Shown in pieces: positions 38,060 through 52,211 of a DNA stretch of 64,000 nt. The stretch covers positions 116,872,001-116,936,000 of the forward strand of contig CM059432.1 in NCBI GenBank assembly GCA_030390025.1, given 5' to 3'. The notes beneath the pieces are model-generated. The model worked only from the letters and a program-made list of their open reading frames with translations, ran no database searches and was not told the origin of the DNA. The translations under genes and the position numbers were made by a program. The stretch's first letter is position 1. Every line of letters starts with the position of its first letter. The DNA comes from Squalus acanthias (lineage: Eukaryota).

Positions 38060-40075
38060 CCTTACATGTCAGGAGGTGGTTCTTTCCCCCAGAGAATAGT
38101 GGGCCTCTGGAACAGGCTGCCGTCTCGTGCGGTGGATGCCGATTCGCTGAATTCCTTCAAGCGAGAGCTGGCCCTATTTCTGGCTGGAGCGGAGATCACC
38201 TCGTACAGAAGGTAGGTATTGCAGGGAATTCAGGGCCAGAGTGATCTCCTGGACTAGTTTCAATCGCCTAGATGGGTCGGAGAGGAATTTCCCAGGTTTT
38301 TCCCCCCCCAAACTGGCCTGGGTTTTTATCTATTTTTTTGCCTCTCCCAGGAGATCACATGGTTTCGGGTGGGGTGAGGTGGAGTGTATATATTGTGATA
38401 CACAAGGGCCGCGATTTTACTAACCTCAGCGTGTTGGTGGCGGGTCCCTACCCCGCTGCTGTCTTCATCCCGGCCTCTGAAATGAATTTCCCCTGACTGG
38501 GCTTGTTAAGCCCGCCCAGCGTGTTTCCCGGCCAATTAGAGGAAGCAGGTCTGGTGACGTCATTTGATGGCGCATCATCAGCCGGTTTCCTTAAAGGGAC
38601 CATGACCAACTTTATTTTGACGTTTGTGCTGTCAGTGTTCTACAGCATTGAGATGCTGCAAACACTGACAAGCACTGCACAGAGGTGTAGGGCTGCACCC
38701 AGGCTCTCCCATGACTCCCTCCATCTGCTTATGGAGGGAATCACAGCACGCAGGGAGGTTCTCTTCCCTTCCCATGGGCAGAAGGGACCTCCCCAGGAGA
38801 TCAACACAGCCAGGTTGTACATTGCAGAGGAGGGCACAAGCAAGCAGGGATGTGGTCAGGAGGACCTGGGTGCAGTGCTGCAAACGTTTCAATGATTTCA
38901 GTAGATCACGAAACGGTAGTACAAAGCTGCACTCACCCTCATCCTAGTGCAATCATACCAACTAACAACACACAAGGGTAGGCACTTGGGTGTTTTATGC
39001 AATGTTCATGTAAAGTTTCTATCAATGTGGTGTCAAACATTGAAACCTTTATTTTCAACACTTTGCGTTCTTGGACAGATTTGTGTGCACCTTTGGAAGT
39101 GGCTTAGCGAGTTACAGTGAATGGTGAGACATAACGGTACCCCCGCAATGGTGATGAGTGTGAAAGGAATGGCTTGGACATTGTAGGGATGCTTTATAGC
39201 GTTGGTGTGGGTGGTGCCAACCTGGTGCATTATGTGGCAGCCAGGGTGTACAGAGTCAAGTGAAGTAAATGTGGCCATGGTGAGGCCATCCCTGGCGTCC
39301 CGGGCAGCAATGTGGTCGGGTGCTGATGCCCTCTGTCCTGTGCAGCATGAGGTGATTGCGGAGAAGGTTGGTGGTATTGTTATTGATGCTGCAGGTGTGC
39401 CTGGTGCTGCTGGTGTTGGGCTGATCGTGGTGGGATTCTGAGGACCAAGGTGAGAGAGTATAAAGGGCACCCATGCTGATGTAATCGACGACAGGTGAAG
39501 TAGAGATGACAGAAGCGATCTGTCAATGGTGAGAGAGGTAATGAGGTCAGACTGGATGAAGACTTGTGTAAAGACTTGCAGCATGGTGAATCTGTTGTGG
39601 AAATGCAGTGAGGAAGAGTTTGTGGCTGAGGGATGATATCTCTGTAAGGTGGGCGCTTTTACTGTACATTTGAAGCTGTCAACTCAACAGCTGATTCAAT
39701 GGCCACTGAACTCCCACCTCAGCTTAACAGCGTGGACCCCGTGGGAGAGCTGTCAAATGCAGAAGGTGAGCTGAAATTCATTCTTTAGTGGCTCTAAACA
39801 AACCATTAATTACCTGAATTGGGTCACCCGCTGTGAACCCGCCGCTGCGTGTTGGGTCTGCTCCGCGCTGACAGACCCAACATCGGGGGAAAGGCGTGTG
39901 GCAGCAGGTTCATAGCAGGGTCCCGACCCGCTGAAGGAAAAAAAACACTTTCCCACCCAACCCGCCATCGATTGCACCCACTGACCCCCCAGAAAATCCA
40001 GCCCAAGGTATCACAATTGTGTAGGACAGGCTGGGTGGACCAGAGGGTCTTTACCATTGTTCTTATGTTTGTATG
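38060..40075 (+). mobile_element. CR1 3' end and 3' UTR interrupted by a Harbinger derivative
   Basis: CR1-like C-terminal sequence 'gtcaggaggtggttcttt..cagagaatagtg..ctggaacaggctg'; the UTR resumes after 40004 and ends in 'ttcttatgtt'. Confidence 0.65.
38407..40004. mobile_element. Internally deleted Harbinger element (Myb-like remnant on +, transposase C-terminal remnant on -)
   Basis: Termini GGCCGCGATTTT / AAAATCCAGCCC and an AAG TSD. + strand 'RAAPRLSHDSLHLLMEGITARREVLFP...RRTWVQCCKRFNDF'; - strand 'AARDARDGL', matching the transposase end 'AARDARDAL' at ~32160. Confidence 0.87.
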
Positions 40076-41178
40076 TAACATTTATCCTTAGATGTGGTCA
40101 CATAGATCAGATCTAAGGACATGGCTTTAAATTATTTAATTTTGCTTATAATTTGCCACGTGTGAATATGAAATATAAGGACTGATTTTCCTGACCCTTA
40201 CCCCTGGGAAATGCCCAGTTCCCAGGGTGCAAAGATCAAGTAATTGTGTGGAGATGGTCTCCATTCCTTGAAGAGTGCTTAACCGCTCATCTAAAATTCA
40301 AACAGTGACTGACAGATTACTACAGGAAGTCAAGAGACGAATTGGACATTCTGTTATCTTTGTTGCAGAGAGTGCCAAGCAAGTGACTGTCATAAAGTTT
40401 GATCAGGCTGAGACTGTTGAGCTCTCTTCAGTAAGACATATTGACATGGATTAGACTATCTACATCCGTTTCATTTCTTGGTTTGCTAATCACATCCAAG
40501 CAACACTGGCAATGAAGATAACAAGAAAAGTTGGCAAAAACGTCGGACTTCTGTAGAAAGCTTGGCATTGCTTTCTACAGTTGGCAAGTTCAATGTTGTG
40601 CAAAGCATAAGTCTGCCCAGTGATGGGATTTTGCAGGGTTGTGTCAACACCTGCAGAGAGAATTCTCCTCTCGTTGCTGGATCCAGTTCAATCCAAAGCT
40701 GTGAAGATGGCCTAATCCATGTCGTCAGCCCTCCATTACATCAGAAAATATACCTGGGCTGTGAGGTCTGTACAAAATTATGATATAAATTAGTAACACC
40801 TATTTTATCTTTGCAGACCTGTTAGTGGAGTTTGACAGTCTGCAATATACAGTATTTAGAGATAATTACCAGGTCGGGGGAATTCTATTACAGTGAAGTT
40901 CACATCATAACTTACATTAATATAGAGACAACTTCATAATATACACTGAAACATCACGCTTAGGTACCTGAGTCGTTAGTTAAGTCAGGAACAGTAAGAA
41001 AATAATAGATCCCATTAGGAGTCCAGTCATGGATGAATGATTTCAAAGGTAAATAATTTCTCACTGTAATACGAGTCAATTAAATTTTAAAAATGTAAGA
41101 TACTTGTAGCAAGAACAACTCCAGAAAATGGCCATTCAAGGTTCTAGTCCTGGAGCCTTTCCTACTTCAGTTTATGGC

Positions 41179-42759
41179 TTGCTTCAAATGGATTGAAATA
41201 AGTTAATATGAGTGTTTTAACAAAGAACATCCAGTAGCTCTCCATTCTTAATAGAATGATGCACAACGTTTAGTGTTGACTTTACCTGGCCAAAGTGGTG
41301 TCAGTATCGATTTCAGAAGAGTTGAAAACAAAAACAGGAAATGCTGGAATTGCACAGCTCATCAATCGGCACTTGAAAAAGAAAGGCAGGTTACTATTTC
41401 GGGTGGGCCGCTTCATCAGAACTCAGCAGAAAAGCTTACGTTAATTTGGTTTACTTCTTTAAAAAAAGGAAAGGATAGAATGTTTGCTTCTGAAAGTGAT
41501 TGAAGGTTATAGGGATAAACAAAAGTGATCAAATATTCCACGGAACATTATGATTGCAGTCCTGTTGAGACTGTGGAAATGTCAGCGTTGACTAATATAT
41601 ATTAGAATATCTTGTTGATACCATGGAGATTTTACTTGATTGCCTTTAGGTAGGTGTCGAAGAGAATGCTCAGAGTTTACTGTTCTGGAAAGGTTTATTT
41701 CTGGTTATTTGCTTCCCTCAGGAGATTAAACACATTATTGAGAAACCAGGAGAATGTAAATTGCCCATGGTACATTAGAAGAAGCTGGCTCAGTGGCTGA
41801 ATGGCCTTCCTGTATTCCAAGTTATTGGTCCGACTGTAACAATTCCCCAGAAGAAGAAATGGTCTCTCACGAGGCATCATAGAACCAGACAGCACAGAAG
41901 GAGGCCATTCGGCCCATCGTGCCTGTGCCGGCACTTTGAAAGAGCTATCCAATTAGTCTCACTCTTCAGCTTTTTACCCATAGCCTTACAAATTTCTCCT
42001 TTCAAGTATTTATCCAATTCCCGTTTGAAAGTTATTATTGAATCTGCCTCCACCACCCTTTCAGAAAGTGCATTCCAGATCATAACAACTCGCTGTCTAA
42101 AAAAAGAAAATTCTTCGAATTTCCCCCCCCTGGATTTTTTGCCAATTATCTTAAATCTGTGTCCTCTGGTTCCCGGCAATGTTCGCTATAAGGTGCACAC
42201 AGACCGGGACCGGCTTTTTCAATGTAATGTTTTGTGCATGTGCGAAACTGTGAATAGGCCGCGTAACCCCTTAAAGGGGCCGCACCCCCCCCCCTAAAAA
42301 AGAGGGAACATTGGTTACCAGCCATCCCGCCAGTGGAAACAGTTTCTTCCGACTATATCATAGAATCTTAGAATAGTACAGCACAGAAGGAGGCCATTCG
42401 GACCATCAAATCTGCACCGACATCTCCATTAAATCTCCCCTTAACCTTCTTTGCTCTAAGGAGGACAATAACAGCTTCTCTAGTCTCTCCACGTAACTGA
42501 AGTCCCTCATCCCTGGTACCATTCTAGTAAATCTCCTCTGCACCCTCACTAAGGCCTTGACATCTTTCCTAAAGTGTGGTGCCCAGAATTGGACACAATA
42601 CTCTAGCTGAGGCCTAACCAGTGACTTATAAAGGTTTACCATAACCTCCTTGCTTTTATACTCTATGCCTCTATTTATAAAACCATGGATCCCGTATGCT
42701 TTTTTAACAGCCTTATCAACCTGTCCTGCCACCTTCAAAAATTTGTGTATGTGAACCTC
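41179..42759 (+). repeat. Left (source) arm of a ~1.55-kb inverted duplication
   Basis: Near-identical reverse complement of 48233-49771, including sequence outside the recognisable repeats. Confidence 0.95.
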
Positions 42760-43085
42760 CAGGTCTCTCTGTTCCTGCGTCCACTTTAACATTGTATCAT
42801 TTGGTTTATATCTCCTCATTTTTCCTTCCAAAATGAATCACTTCACACTTCTCTGCGTTAAATTTCATCTGCCATGTGTCTGCCCATTTCACTAGTCTGT
42901 CTCTGTCCTCCTGTACTTGGCTACTATTCTCCTCATTGTTTACTACATTTCCAAGCTTTGTGTCATTGGCAAACTTTGAAATTATGCCCTGTATACCCAA
43001 GTCCAGGTCATTAATATATATCAAAAAGAGCAGTGGTCCCAACACCGACCCCTGGGGGACTCCACTGCACACTTCCCCCCAGTCT
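41876..43085 (-). mobile_element. CR1 3' fragments
   Basis: ORF fragments [26 protein letters not shown] and TRGHRFK; two CR1 tails (~41880 and ~42360). Confidence 0.85.
42177..42313. mobile_element. 137-bp hAT-type MITE (copy in the left arm)
   Basis: TIR CAATGTTC / GAACATTG; 8-bp TSD slightly decayed (GTTCCCGG / GTTACCAG). Confidence 0.8.
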
Positions 43086-43606
43086 GATAGGTATTACTAT
43101 TAATTCAGTAGTACTGTGCCAAAGATTAAGCAGATTCATTCAATGAAGCATTTGTTGATTGCACCAGAAGCAGAAGAATGTCCATCACTCCAAATGGCAA
43201 AATTTTCCTCTTGTTTATCTTTAGGTTAATTCTGACCACTTTATTAGTACAGTGCTTGCATTCTAACTGACAAGTATTCACGGTAATTATATCCTTCTGA
43301 AAACAGTAAGCACATCAGCACCAGTAATAATGTTCTATTCATTAAACCTTATATTCAATGGGTATGTAATGGCAGTCAATTTGCATTAGTTACTCATGCT
43401 GTTCAACAGACACGCATTAATACAGATATTGAAACTAATCATATTAAAACTGTCTTTTTTTAAACAGTTAAAGATCAACAATAGAAAAAATTAGAAATGC
43501 ACAGCACATCAGTTCATATCTGAAATAGAAAGGTTAGGCTAATGTTTGAGCTGGGAGCCTTGTTCATACCTGACTTCTGACAAATGGACCCACTAAAACA
43601 TTAACC

Positions 43607-46169
43607 GATCCTTCTTTGGGCGGATGCTGGAAATCAGAGGTGCATGCAAAAAAGGCGCAGCAGTTATCATGGGTGACTTTAATATGCATATAGATTGGGC
43701 TACTCAAACTGGAAGCAATACGGTGGAGGAGGATTTCCTGGAGTGTTTAAGGGATGGTTTCCTAAACCAATATGTTGAGGAACCAACTAGAGGGGAGGCC
43801 ATCCTGGACTGAGTGTTGTGTAATGAGGAAGGACTAATCAGCAATCTTGTGGTGCGAGGCCCCTTGGGGAAGAGTGACCATAGTATGGTGGAGTTCTACA
43901 TTAGGATGGAGAAGGAAACAGTTAATTCAGAGACCATGGTCCAGAACTTAAATAAGGGCAACTTTGAGGGTATGAGGTGTGAATTGGCGAGGTTAGATTG
44001 GCAAGCGATATTTAAGGGGTTATCAGTGGAAGGGCAATGGCAGACATTTAGAGATCGCATGGATGAACTACAGCAATTGTACATCCCTGTCTGGCGTAAA
44101 AATAAAAAAGGGAAGGTGGCTCAACCATGGCTAACAAGGGAAATCAGGGATAGTATTAAAAGCAAGGAAGTGGCATACAAATTGGCCAGAAGAAGCAGCA
44201 AACCCGGGGACTGGGAAAACTTTAAAACTCAGCAGAGGAGGACGAAGGGTTTGATTAGGGCAGGGAAAATAAAATATGAAAGGAAGCTTGCGGAGAACAT
44301 TAAAACGGACTGCAAAAGCTTCTATAAATATGTAAAAAGAAAGAGGTTAATAAAAACAAACATAGGTCCCCTGCAGTCAGAAACAGGGGAAGTCATAATG
44401 GGGAACAAAGAAATGGCAGATCAATTGAACAAGTACTTTGGTTCGGTGTTTACTGTGGAGGACACAAACAACCTTCCGGAAATAAAAGAGATCAAAGGAT
44501 CTGGTAAGAGGGAGGAGCTGAGGGAAATCCTTATCAGTCGGGAAAAGGTGTTGGGGAAATTGATGGGACTGAAGGCTGATAAATCCCCAGGGCCTGATGG
44601 TCTGCATCCCAGAGTACTTAAGGAGGTGGCCTTGGAAATAGTGGATGCATTGACGATCATTTTCCAACATTCCTTAGACTCTGGATCAGTTCCGAAGGAG
44701 TGGAGGGTGGCTAATGTAACCCCTCTTTTTAAAAAAGGAGGGAGGGAGAAAGCAGGGAATTATAGACCGGTCAGCCTGACATCGGTGGTGGGTAAAATGA
44801 TGGAATCAATTATTAAAGATGTCATAACAGACCATTTGGAAAGTGGCGACATGATAGGTCCAAGTCAGCATGGATTTGTGAAAGGGAAATCATGCTTGAC
44901 AAATTTTCTGGAATTTTTTGAGGATGTTTCCAATAGGGTGGACGGGGGGGAACCAGTAGACGTGGTGTATTTGGACTTTCAGAAGGCCTTCGACAAGGTC
45001 CCACACAAGAGATTGGTGTACAAAGTTAAAGCACATGGGATTGGGGGTAATGTGTTGACGTGGATTGAGAACTGGTTGGCACACAGGAAACAAAGAGTAG
45101 GAGTAAATGGGTACTTTTCAGAATGGCAGGCTGTGACCAGCGGGGTACCGCAGGGTTCGGTGCTGGGGCCCCAGCTGTTTACATTATATATTAATGATTT
45201 GGACGAAGGGATTAATTGTAATATCTCCAAATTTGCGGATGACACTAAATTGGGAGGCAGTGTGAACAATGAGGAGGATGCTAGGAGGCTACAGAGTGAC
45301 TTGGACAGGTTGGGTGAATGGGCAAATGTATGGCAGATGAAGTACAATGTGGATAAATGTGAGGTTATCCACTTTGGTGGTAAAAATAGGGAGGCAGACT
45401 ATTACCTGAATGGTGGCAGATTAGGGAAAGGGGAGGTGCAACGAGACCTGGGCATCATGGTACATCAGTCACTGAAGGTGGGAAGGCAAGTGCAGCAGGC
45501 AGTCAAGAAAGCAAATGGCATGATGGCCTTCATAGCAAGGGGATTTGAGTACAGGAGTAGGGAGGTGATGCTACAGTTGTACAGGGCCTTGGTGAGGCCA
45601 CACCTGGAGTATTGTGTGCAGTTTTGGTCTCCTAACTTGAGGAAGGACATTCTTGCTATTGAGGGAGTGCAACGAAGGTTCACTAGATTGATTCCTGGGA
45701 TGGCCAGACTGACATATCAAGAAAGACTGGATCAACTGAACTTGTATCCTCTGGAGTTCAGAAGAATGAGGGGGGATCTTATAGAGACGTTTAAAATCCT
45801 GACTGGTTTAGACAAATTAGATGCGGGCAGAATGTTTCCAATGTTAGGGAAAACTAAAACCAGGGGTCACAGTCTAAGGATCAAGGGGAAGCCATTTAAG
45901 ACTGAGATGAGGAGGAACTTCTTCACCCAGAGAGTGGTGAATCTGTGGAATTCTCTACCACAGAAGGTTGTTGAGGCCAGTTCGCTAAATATATTCAAAA
46001 GGGAGTTAGATATAATACTCACAACTAGGGGGATCAAGGGGTATGGCGAGAAAGCAGGAATGGGGTACTGAGGTAGCATGTTCAGCCATGAACGCATTAA
46101 ATGGCGGTGCAGGCTCGAAGGACCGAATGGTCTACTCCTGCACCTATTTTCTATGTTTCTATGTTTCTA
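43607..46169 (+). mobile_element. Young 5'-truncated CR1 LINE with a nearly intact ORF2 portion
   Basis: 62-aa and 752-aa in-frame ORFs separated by a single TGA (43810-43812), all RT motifs present, (TTTCTATG)3 tail, possible TAACC TSD (43602 / 46170). Confidence 0.95.
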
Positions 46170-48232
46170 TAACCCATTGTTTCCCGCCTTATCTGTTTTT
46201 ATTTTAGATTTCAAACATTCACACTTTTTTTTTCCTTTTTATCTCAAATTAAAGTTCAACACGGTGGCCTTTTTTGCTACAGCAATTTGACTTCTCCAGG
46301 ATAAAAAAGTTCCACTTTATTTGCAGTAGGCTTGAGAGATCTGATCGCCTGCTTCGTGTCTGTTAGTGCTTGATCAACTTTGCCCCTTTCCCAGTGCTAA
46401 AAAGCTGTTGCTTGACTTGCTTTTACCTTTTCTTTTTTTTGTATTGCAAATGTAATGGCATGTCTCCAGAATGTGAAAATATAATGATCAGCGCCCCCTG
46501 GGTCTGCGTTCTCCATTACCAGCTATGAAAAATGGTTAACTTGCACACTGTATCATGTCCTGTTATTTAGTGACAGCTGGTGTGAAGGTCACCACGCTTG
46601 AATTGCATTCATTCAAACCCCATGTTGACGGTGTGTACAACTGCTGCTTCTTATGCATCTTATTCTTCAGGGGCTTCATGATTAACAATATGGTCATGAA
46701 ACAAGAATAATGCACTTCAGAATCACAGCTAGCATAGTATGTTATTCCAGTTGTGCTAAGTGAAGAGATCACTTAACCTTCTCTCTCCTGCTGTGATGCG
46801 GGCATCACAATTAAATGAATCTTATTGAAGCCAGTTTAAACTAAAAAAAGTGCTGACACTTAAAATTCTTAATATAGTTTTACACAATTAATGAGCAGAC
46901 GTGCGTGTCACGAAAACAAACTGCACTGTTGAAAATGCTTCCGTGTATCCTTGTGCTGTTGATCAGATAGTCATAATAATAAAGGCTACTAATTTGATAT
47001 TTCTAATTTTTATGAGATAGCAGAGAGACGTAATAACTAAGATTTACTGAAAAGGTAGAAACTATAAGAAGAATAATGGCCCTGACTTGATAATAAACCC
47101 TCATGCTATTGATCATGTTATGACAGAGAATCTCAGCAGCAAAGAGTAATTCTGAACCTATATGATTATACTGCTTCATCAGCATGTCTTTATTGGTCCC
47201 CTATGCTACATACCCTCCTACACCTCAAAATATAATCTCTTTTTTTTTATTTGTTTATGGGATGTGGGCGTAGCTGGCAAGGCCAGCATTTATTGCCCAC
47301 CCCTAATTGCCCTTGAGAAGGTGGTGGTGAGTCGCCTTCTTGAACCGCTGCAGTCTGTGAGGTGAAGGTACTCCCACAGTGCTGTTAGGGAGGGAGTTCC
47401 AGGATTTTGACCCAGCGATTATGAAGGAACGGTGATATATTTCCAAGTCAGGATGGTGTGTGACTTTGGAGGGGAACTTGGAGGTGGTGGTGTACCCATA
47501 ATTCCATCATTGAATAGAAATCAAAGCGTTTACACTCATTTGCATAAAGTAACATTGCTGCGCTTTAAGGAGTTATTACATTTCGGAACCGGTCTCCCCT
47601 TAACTAAGTGTTAGTCCTGACTTTCTCACTATTTTGCACCCAAGGCTGACCTATTGATTTCATAGAATCAGTGAACTTTACAGCATAGAAGGAAGCCATG
47701 TGGCCCATTGTGTGTTAACGACCAGCTGCCTGAGAGAGCTATCCACTTAGTCCCATTCCCGTGCTCTTCATATCCTTTTACATTTTTCTTTATCAAATAT
47801 ATATCTACTTCTCCTTTAAAGGCTAGTATAGATTCTTCTTCCACCACTACTTATGGTAGGGCATTTCATGTCCAAACAAGCCTTTGCATAAAAAAATGCT
47901 CCTAACCTATCACGTTGTTATTTTGGTGATGATCCTAAATGTATGCTCTCTAGTTACTGACTCAACAACCAATTTGCCTTGATTTGCCTTATCAAAACTC
48001 CTCTTAATTTTAGGTACATATGAACATTAGGAACAAGAGTAGCTGATTCAGCTCAAGTCTGCTCCGCCATTCAATTAGATCATGGCTGATCTGCACCTCA
48101 ACTCCATTTTCCCGCCTTTGCTCTATTGGTACCCTTACCTAAAAAAAACTCTATCTTCCTCAATCTTGAAAGCACCAATTGTCCTAGCATCCAAAGCTTA
48201 TTTTAAAGAGGGTGCAGGAACAGGGCCATCTC

Positions 48233-49771
48233 GAGGTTCACATACACAAATTTTTGAAGGTGGCAGGACATGTTGATAAGGCTGTTAAAAAAGGATATGG
48301 GATCTTGGCTTTATAAATAGAGGCATAGAGTATAAAAGCAAGGAGGTTATGGTAAACCTTTATAAGTCACTGGTTAGGCCTCAGCTAGAGTATTGTGTCC
48401 AATTCTGGGCACCACACTTTAGGAAGGATGTCAAGGCCTTAGTGAGGGTGCAGAGGAGATTTACTAGAATGGTACTAGGGATGAGGGACTTCAGTTATGT
48501 GGCAAGACTAGAAAAGCTGTTATTGTCCTCCTTAGAGCAGAGAAGGTTAAGGGGAGATTTAACGGAGATGTCGGTGCAGATTTGATGGTCCAAATGGCCT
48601 CCTTCTGTGCTGTACTATTCTAAGATTCTATGATATAGTCGGAAGAAACTGTTTCCACTGGCGGGATGGCCGGTAACCAATGTTCCCTCTTATTGTTTTT
48701 TGGGTGTGTGGCCCCTTTAAGGGGTTACGCGGCCTATTCACAGTTTTGCACATGCACAAAACTTTACATTGAAAAAGCCGGTCCCGGTCTGTGTGCACCT
48801 TATAGCGAACATTGCCGGTAACCAGAGGACACAGATTTAAGATAATTGGCAAAAAATCCAGGGGGGGGAAATTCGAAGAATTTTCTTTTTTTAGACAGCG
48901 AGTTGTTATGATCTGGAATGCACTTTCTGAAAGGGTGGTGGAGGCAGATTCAATAATAACTTTCAAACGGGAATTGGATAAATACTTGAAAGGAGAAATT
49001 TGTAAGGCTATGGGTAAAAAGCTGAAGAGTGAGACTAATTGGATAGCTCTTTCAAAGTGCCGGCACAGGCACGATGGGCCGAATGGCCTCCCTCTGTGCT
49101 GTCTGGTTCTATGATGCCTCGTGAGAGACCATTTCTTCTTCTGGGGAATTGTTACAGTCGGACCAATAACTTGGAATACAGGAAGGCCATTCAGCCACTG
49201 AGCCAGCTTCTTCTAATGTACCATGGGCAATTTGCATTCTCCTGGTTTCTCAATAATGTGTTTAATCTCCTGAGGGAAGCAAATAACCAGAAATAAACCT
49301 TTCCAGAACAGTAAACTCTGAGCATTCTCTTCGACACCTACCTAAAGGCAATCAAGTAAAATCTCCATGGTATCAACAAGATATTCTAATATATATTAGT
49401 CAACGCTGACATTTCCACAGTCTCAACAGGACTGCAATCATAATGTTCCGTGGAATATTTGATCACTTTTGTTTATCCCTATAACCTTCAATCACTTTCA
49501 GAAGCAAACATTCTATCCTTTCCTTTTTTTAAAGAAGTAAACCAAATTAACGTAAGCTTTTCTGCTGAGTTCTGATGAAGCGGCCCACCCGAAATAGTAA
49601 CCTGCCTTTCTTTTTCAAGTGCCGATTGATGAGCTGTGCAATTCCAGCATTTCCTGTTTTTGTTTTCAACTCTTCTGAAATCGATACTGACACCACTTTT
49701 TAGAATGGAGAGCTACTGGATGTTCTTTGTTAAAACAATCATATTAACTTATTTCAATCCATTTGAAGCAA
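48233..49771 (-). repeat. Right (derived) arm of the inverted duplication
   Basis: Reverse complement of 41179-42759 with a ~43-bp deletion near 49700. It sits inside a CR1 3' fragment (48020-48200, continuing 49772-50030). Confidence 0.95.
48678..48814. mobile_element. 137-bp hAT-type MITE (copy in the right arm)
   Basis: TIR CAATGTTC / GAACATTG flanked by a perfect 8-bp TSD CCGGTAAC. Confidence 0.88.
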
Positions 49772-50029
49772 TGTTCCAAATTTCTACTACCCTTTGTTTG
49801 AAAAATGCTTTCTGATTTTGTTCCTAAATGGCCTAGCTCTAATTTTAAGATTATGTCCGCTTGTTCTTGATTTCCACCACTGCAGGGAATAGTTATTCCA
49901 TATCTGCCCTATCAAATCATTTTAACATTTTAAACACCTCGATCAGATCACACCTCAACCTTCTATTAGGGAATACAAGCCAAGTCTATGCAACCTGTCC
50001 TCATAATTAATCCTCTAAACCCCGGTATA

Positions 50030-50712
50030 ACATATCCGACCACATATCCGCAGCATAACTAAGACCGCCTATTTCCACCTCCGTAACATCGCCCGTCTCT
50101 GCCCTTGCCTCAGCTCATCTGCTGCTGAAATCCTCATCCATGCCTTTGTTACCTGTAGACTTGACTATTCCAACGCACTCCTGGCTGGCCTCCCACATTC
50201 TACCCTATGTAAACTTGAGGTCGTGTCCTAACTTGCACCAAGTCCCGTTCGCCCATCTCCCCTGTGCTCGCTGACCTACATTGGCTCCCAGTTAAGCAGC
50301 ACCTCGATTTCAAAATTCTCATCCTTGTTTTCAAATCCCTCCATGGGCTCGCCCCACCCTATCTCATTAATCTCCTCCAGTCCCTCAACCCCCCGAGATA
50401 TCTGCGCTCCTCTAATTCTGCCCTCTTGAGCATCCCTGATTATAATCACTCAACCATTGGTGGCCGTGCCTTCTGTTGCCTAGGCCCTAAGCTCTGGAAT
50501 TCCCTGCCTAAACCTCTCCACCTCTCTACCTCTCTTTCCTCCTTTAAGACACTCCTTAAAACCTATCTCTTTGACCAAGCTTTTGGTCACCTGCCCTAAT
50601 TTATCCTTATGTGGCTCGGTGTCAAATTTTTTGTCTTATAACACTCCTGTGCAGCGCCTTGGGACGTTTTACTATGTTAAAGGCGCTGTATAAATACAAG
50701 TTGTTGTTGTTG
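50030..50712 (+). mobile_element. L2-clade LINE 3' fragment
   Basis: LIHAFVTCRLDYSN and LADLHWLPVKQHLDFKIL motifs; (GTT)n tail. Confidence 0.88.
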
Positions 50713-51560
50713 TATAATTCTGGTGAATTTGCGCTGTACCCGCTCCAAGGCCAATATACCGTCCTTGAAGTGTTGTGCCCAAAACTGAGTGCAGTACTCC
50801 AGATGGAGTCCGACCATGGCTCAATAGAACCTAAGCATAACTTCCTCACCTTTGTATTCCAGTCGCTTTGAGATAAAAGCCAACATTCCATTAGCCTTTT
50901 TGATTGCTTTTTTACCGGTCTGCTGGCTTATAATGATTTGTGTACTTGGACTCCCAAATCTCTGCTCCTCTACAGATCCTCGTTTCTCACCATTTAGAAA
51001 ATACTCTGGTTTACCTTTCTCGGGTCCAAAGTGGATGACTTCATACTTGCCCACATATTCTATTTGCCATAGTTTTTCCCCATTCATTTGATTCGTCTAT
51101 GTCCCTTTGTAACTTTCTGTTCCCATCTGCACTACTTACTACTCCTCCGAACTTAGTGTTATTTGGAACACCTCTATCAGATCTCCTCTTAATCTTCTTT
51201 GTTCTAATAAAAAGAGTTGCATTTTCTCTAGTCTTTACTCATAATCATAAACCTCTCACCCTTAGTATCATCTCAGCGGCTCTCTCCTGCACGCTCTCCA
51301 TGGCTCTGACATAATTCCTAAATTAAGGTGCCCACAACAGGACTAAATATTATAACCAAAGCCTAACCAATGATTTGTATAGGTTTAGCATTATCTGTTT
51401 GCTTTTGTACTTGAAGCCCCTGTTTACAAAATCTAGGATCCCATATGCATTTTTTACAGTTTTATCAACTTGTCCTCCCACTCTTAAAGATTTATTTATC
51501 TGAAATCGTAGGTCTCTCTGCTCCTCTATGCCTTTTAACTTTTATCACTTAGTGTACACG
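50713..51560 (-). mobile_element. Degenerate CR1 fragments
   Basis: KYEVIHFG and KKANGMLAFISKRLEYK motifs on the minus strand. Confidence 0.7.
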
Positions 51561-52172
51561 GGGGTGAAATTCAACTTGAATGGTACAAGAATGGCGATAG
51601 CGAATCGGCCGCCTATTTTACACTCCACCCGATTTTCTTTTCCATTGAAGTCAATTAAGCTTCAGGCACACATGGCACATAAATGGCCTGATCATTCACC
51701 ACAAAACTTGGCTTACTCACCTCAAAGAATATTGTTACTTTCTTCTGCAGCCAAATCCTCTAGCATCTCCAGAATCATCCTAGAAGATCAGGACAACTCC
51801 ACCTCCTTTAATTTCCCTGTCTTGCCTCCTCCATCCTCACCTCTAAGCAAAGTGTGAGGAACCCATGGGGTTCTTCAACTCAAAAATTCTGGTCTTCTCC
51901 CTTCAGAAGCTCTGTACCCTTGCCCTTGATTCTATCCCCTTCCTCAGCTTCTTGCTCAAGCTCAACCTGACTGTGCACAGCCTCCATGTCCTGCTTAGCC
52001 CTAAGCTTCAAACACCATAAACTATCCATCACCAATATCACCTATTTCCACCCCCATAGTGTCACCTCACCCTATCTCATTCTCGATGCGGAGATGCCGG
52101 TGTTGGACTGGGGTGGACAAAAGTGAGAAGTCGCACAACACCAGGTTATAGTCCAACAGCTTTATTTAAAAT

Positions 52173-52207
52173 CACAAGCTTTCGGAGTGCTGCTCCTTCG
52201 TCAGGTG
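52173..52207 (-). ncRNA. Minimal type I hammerhead ribozyme (inverted partner)
   Basis: The minus strand reads cac-CTGACGA-aggagcagcactcc-GAAA-gcTT-gtg. Confidence 0.8.
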
Positions 52208-52211
52208 AAGG

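Noticed and set aside
40350..40790. Possible coding exon after ttgcAG at ~40368
   Set aside because: Stops in frame. Residual motifs (LCKA*VCPVMGFC, like LYKAQVRPxMEYC) suggest an ancient LINE C-terminus.
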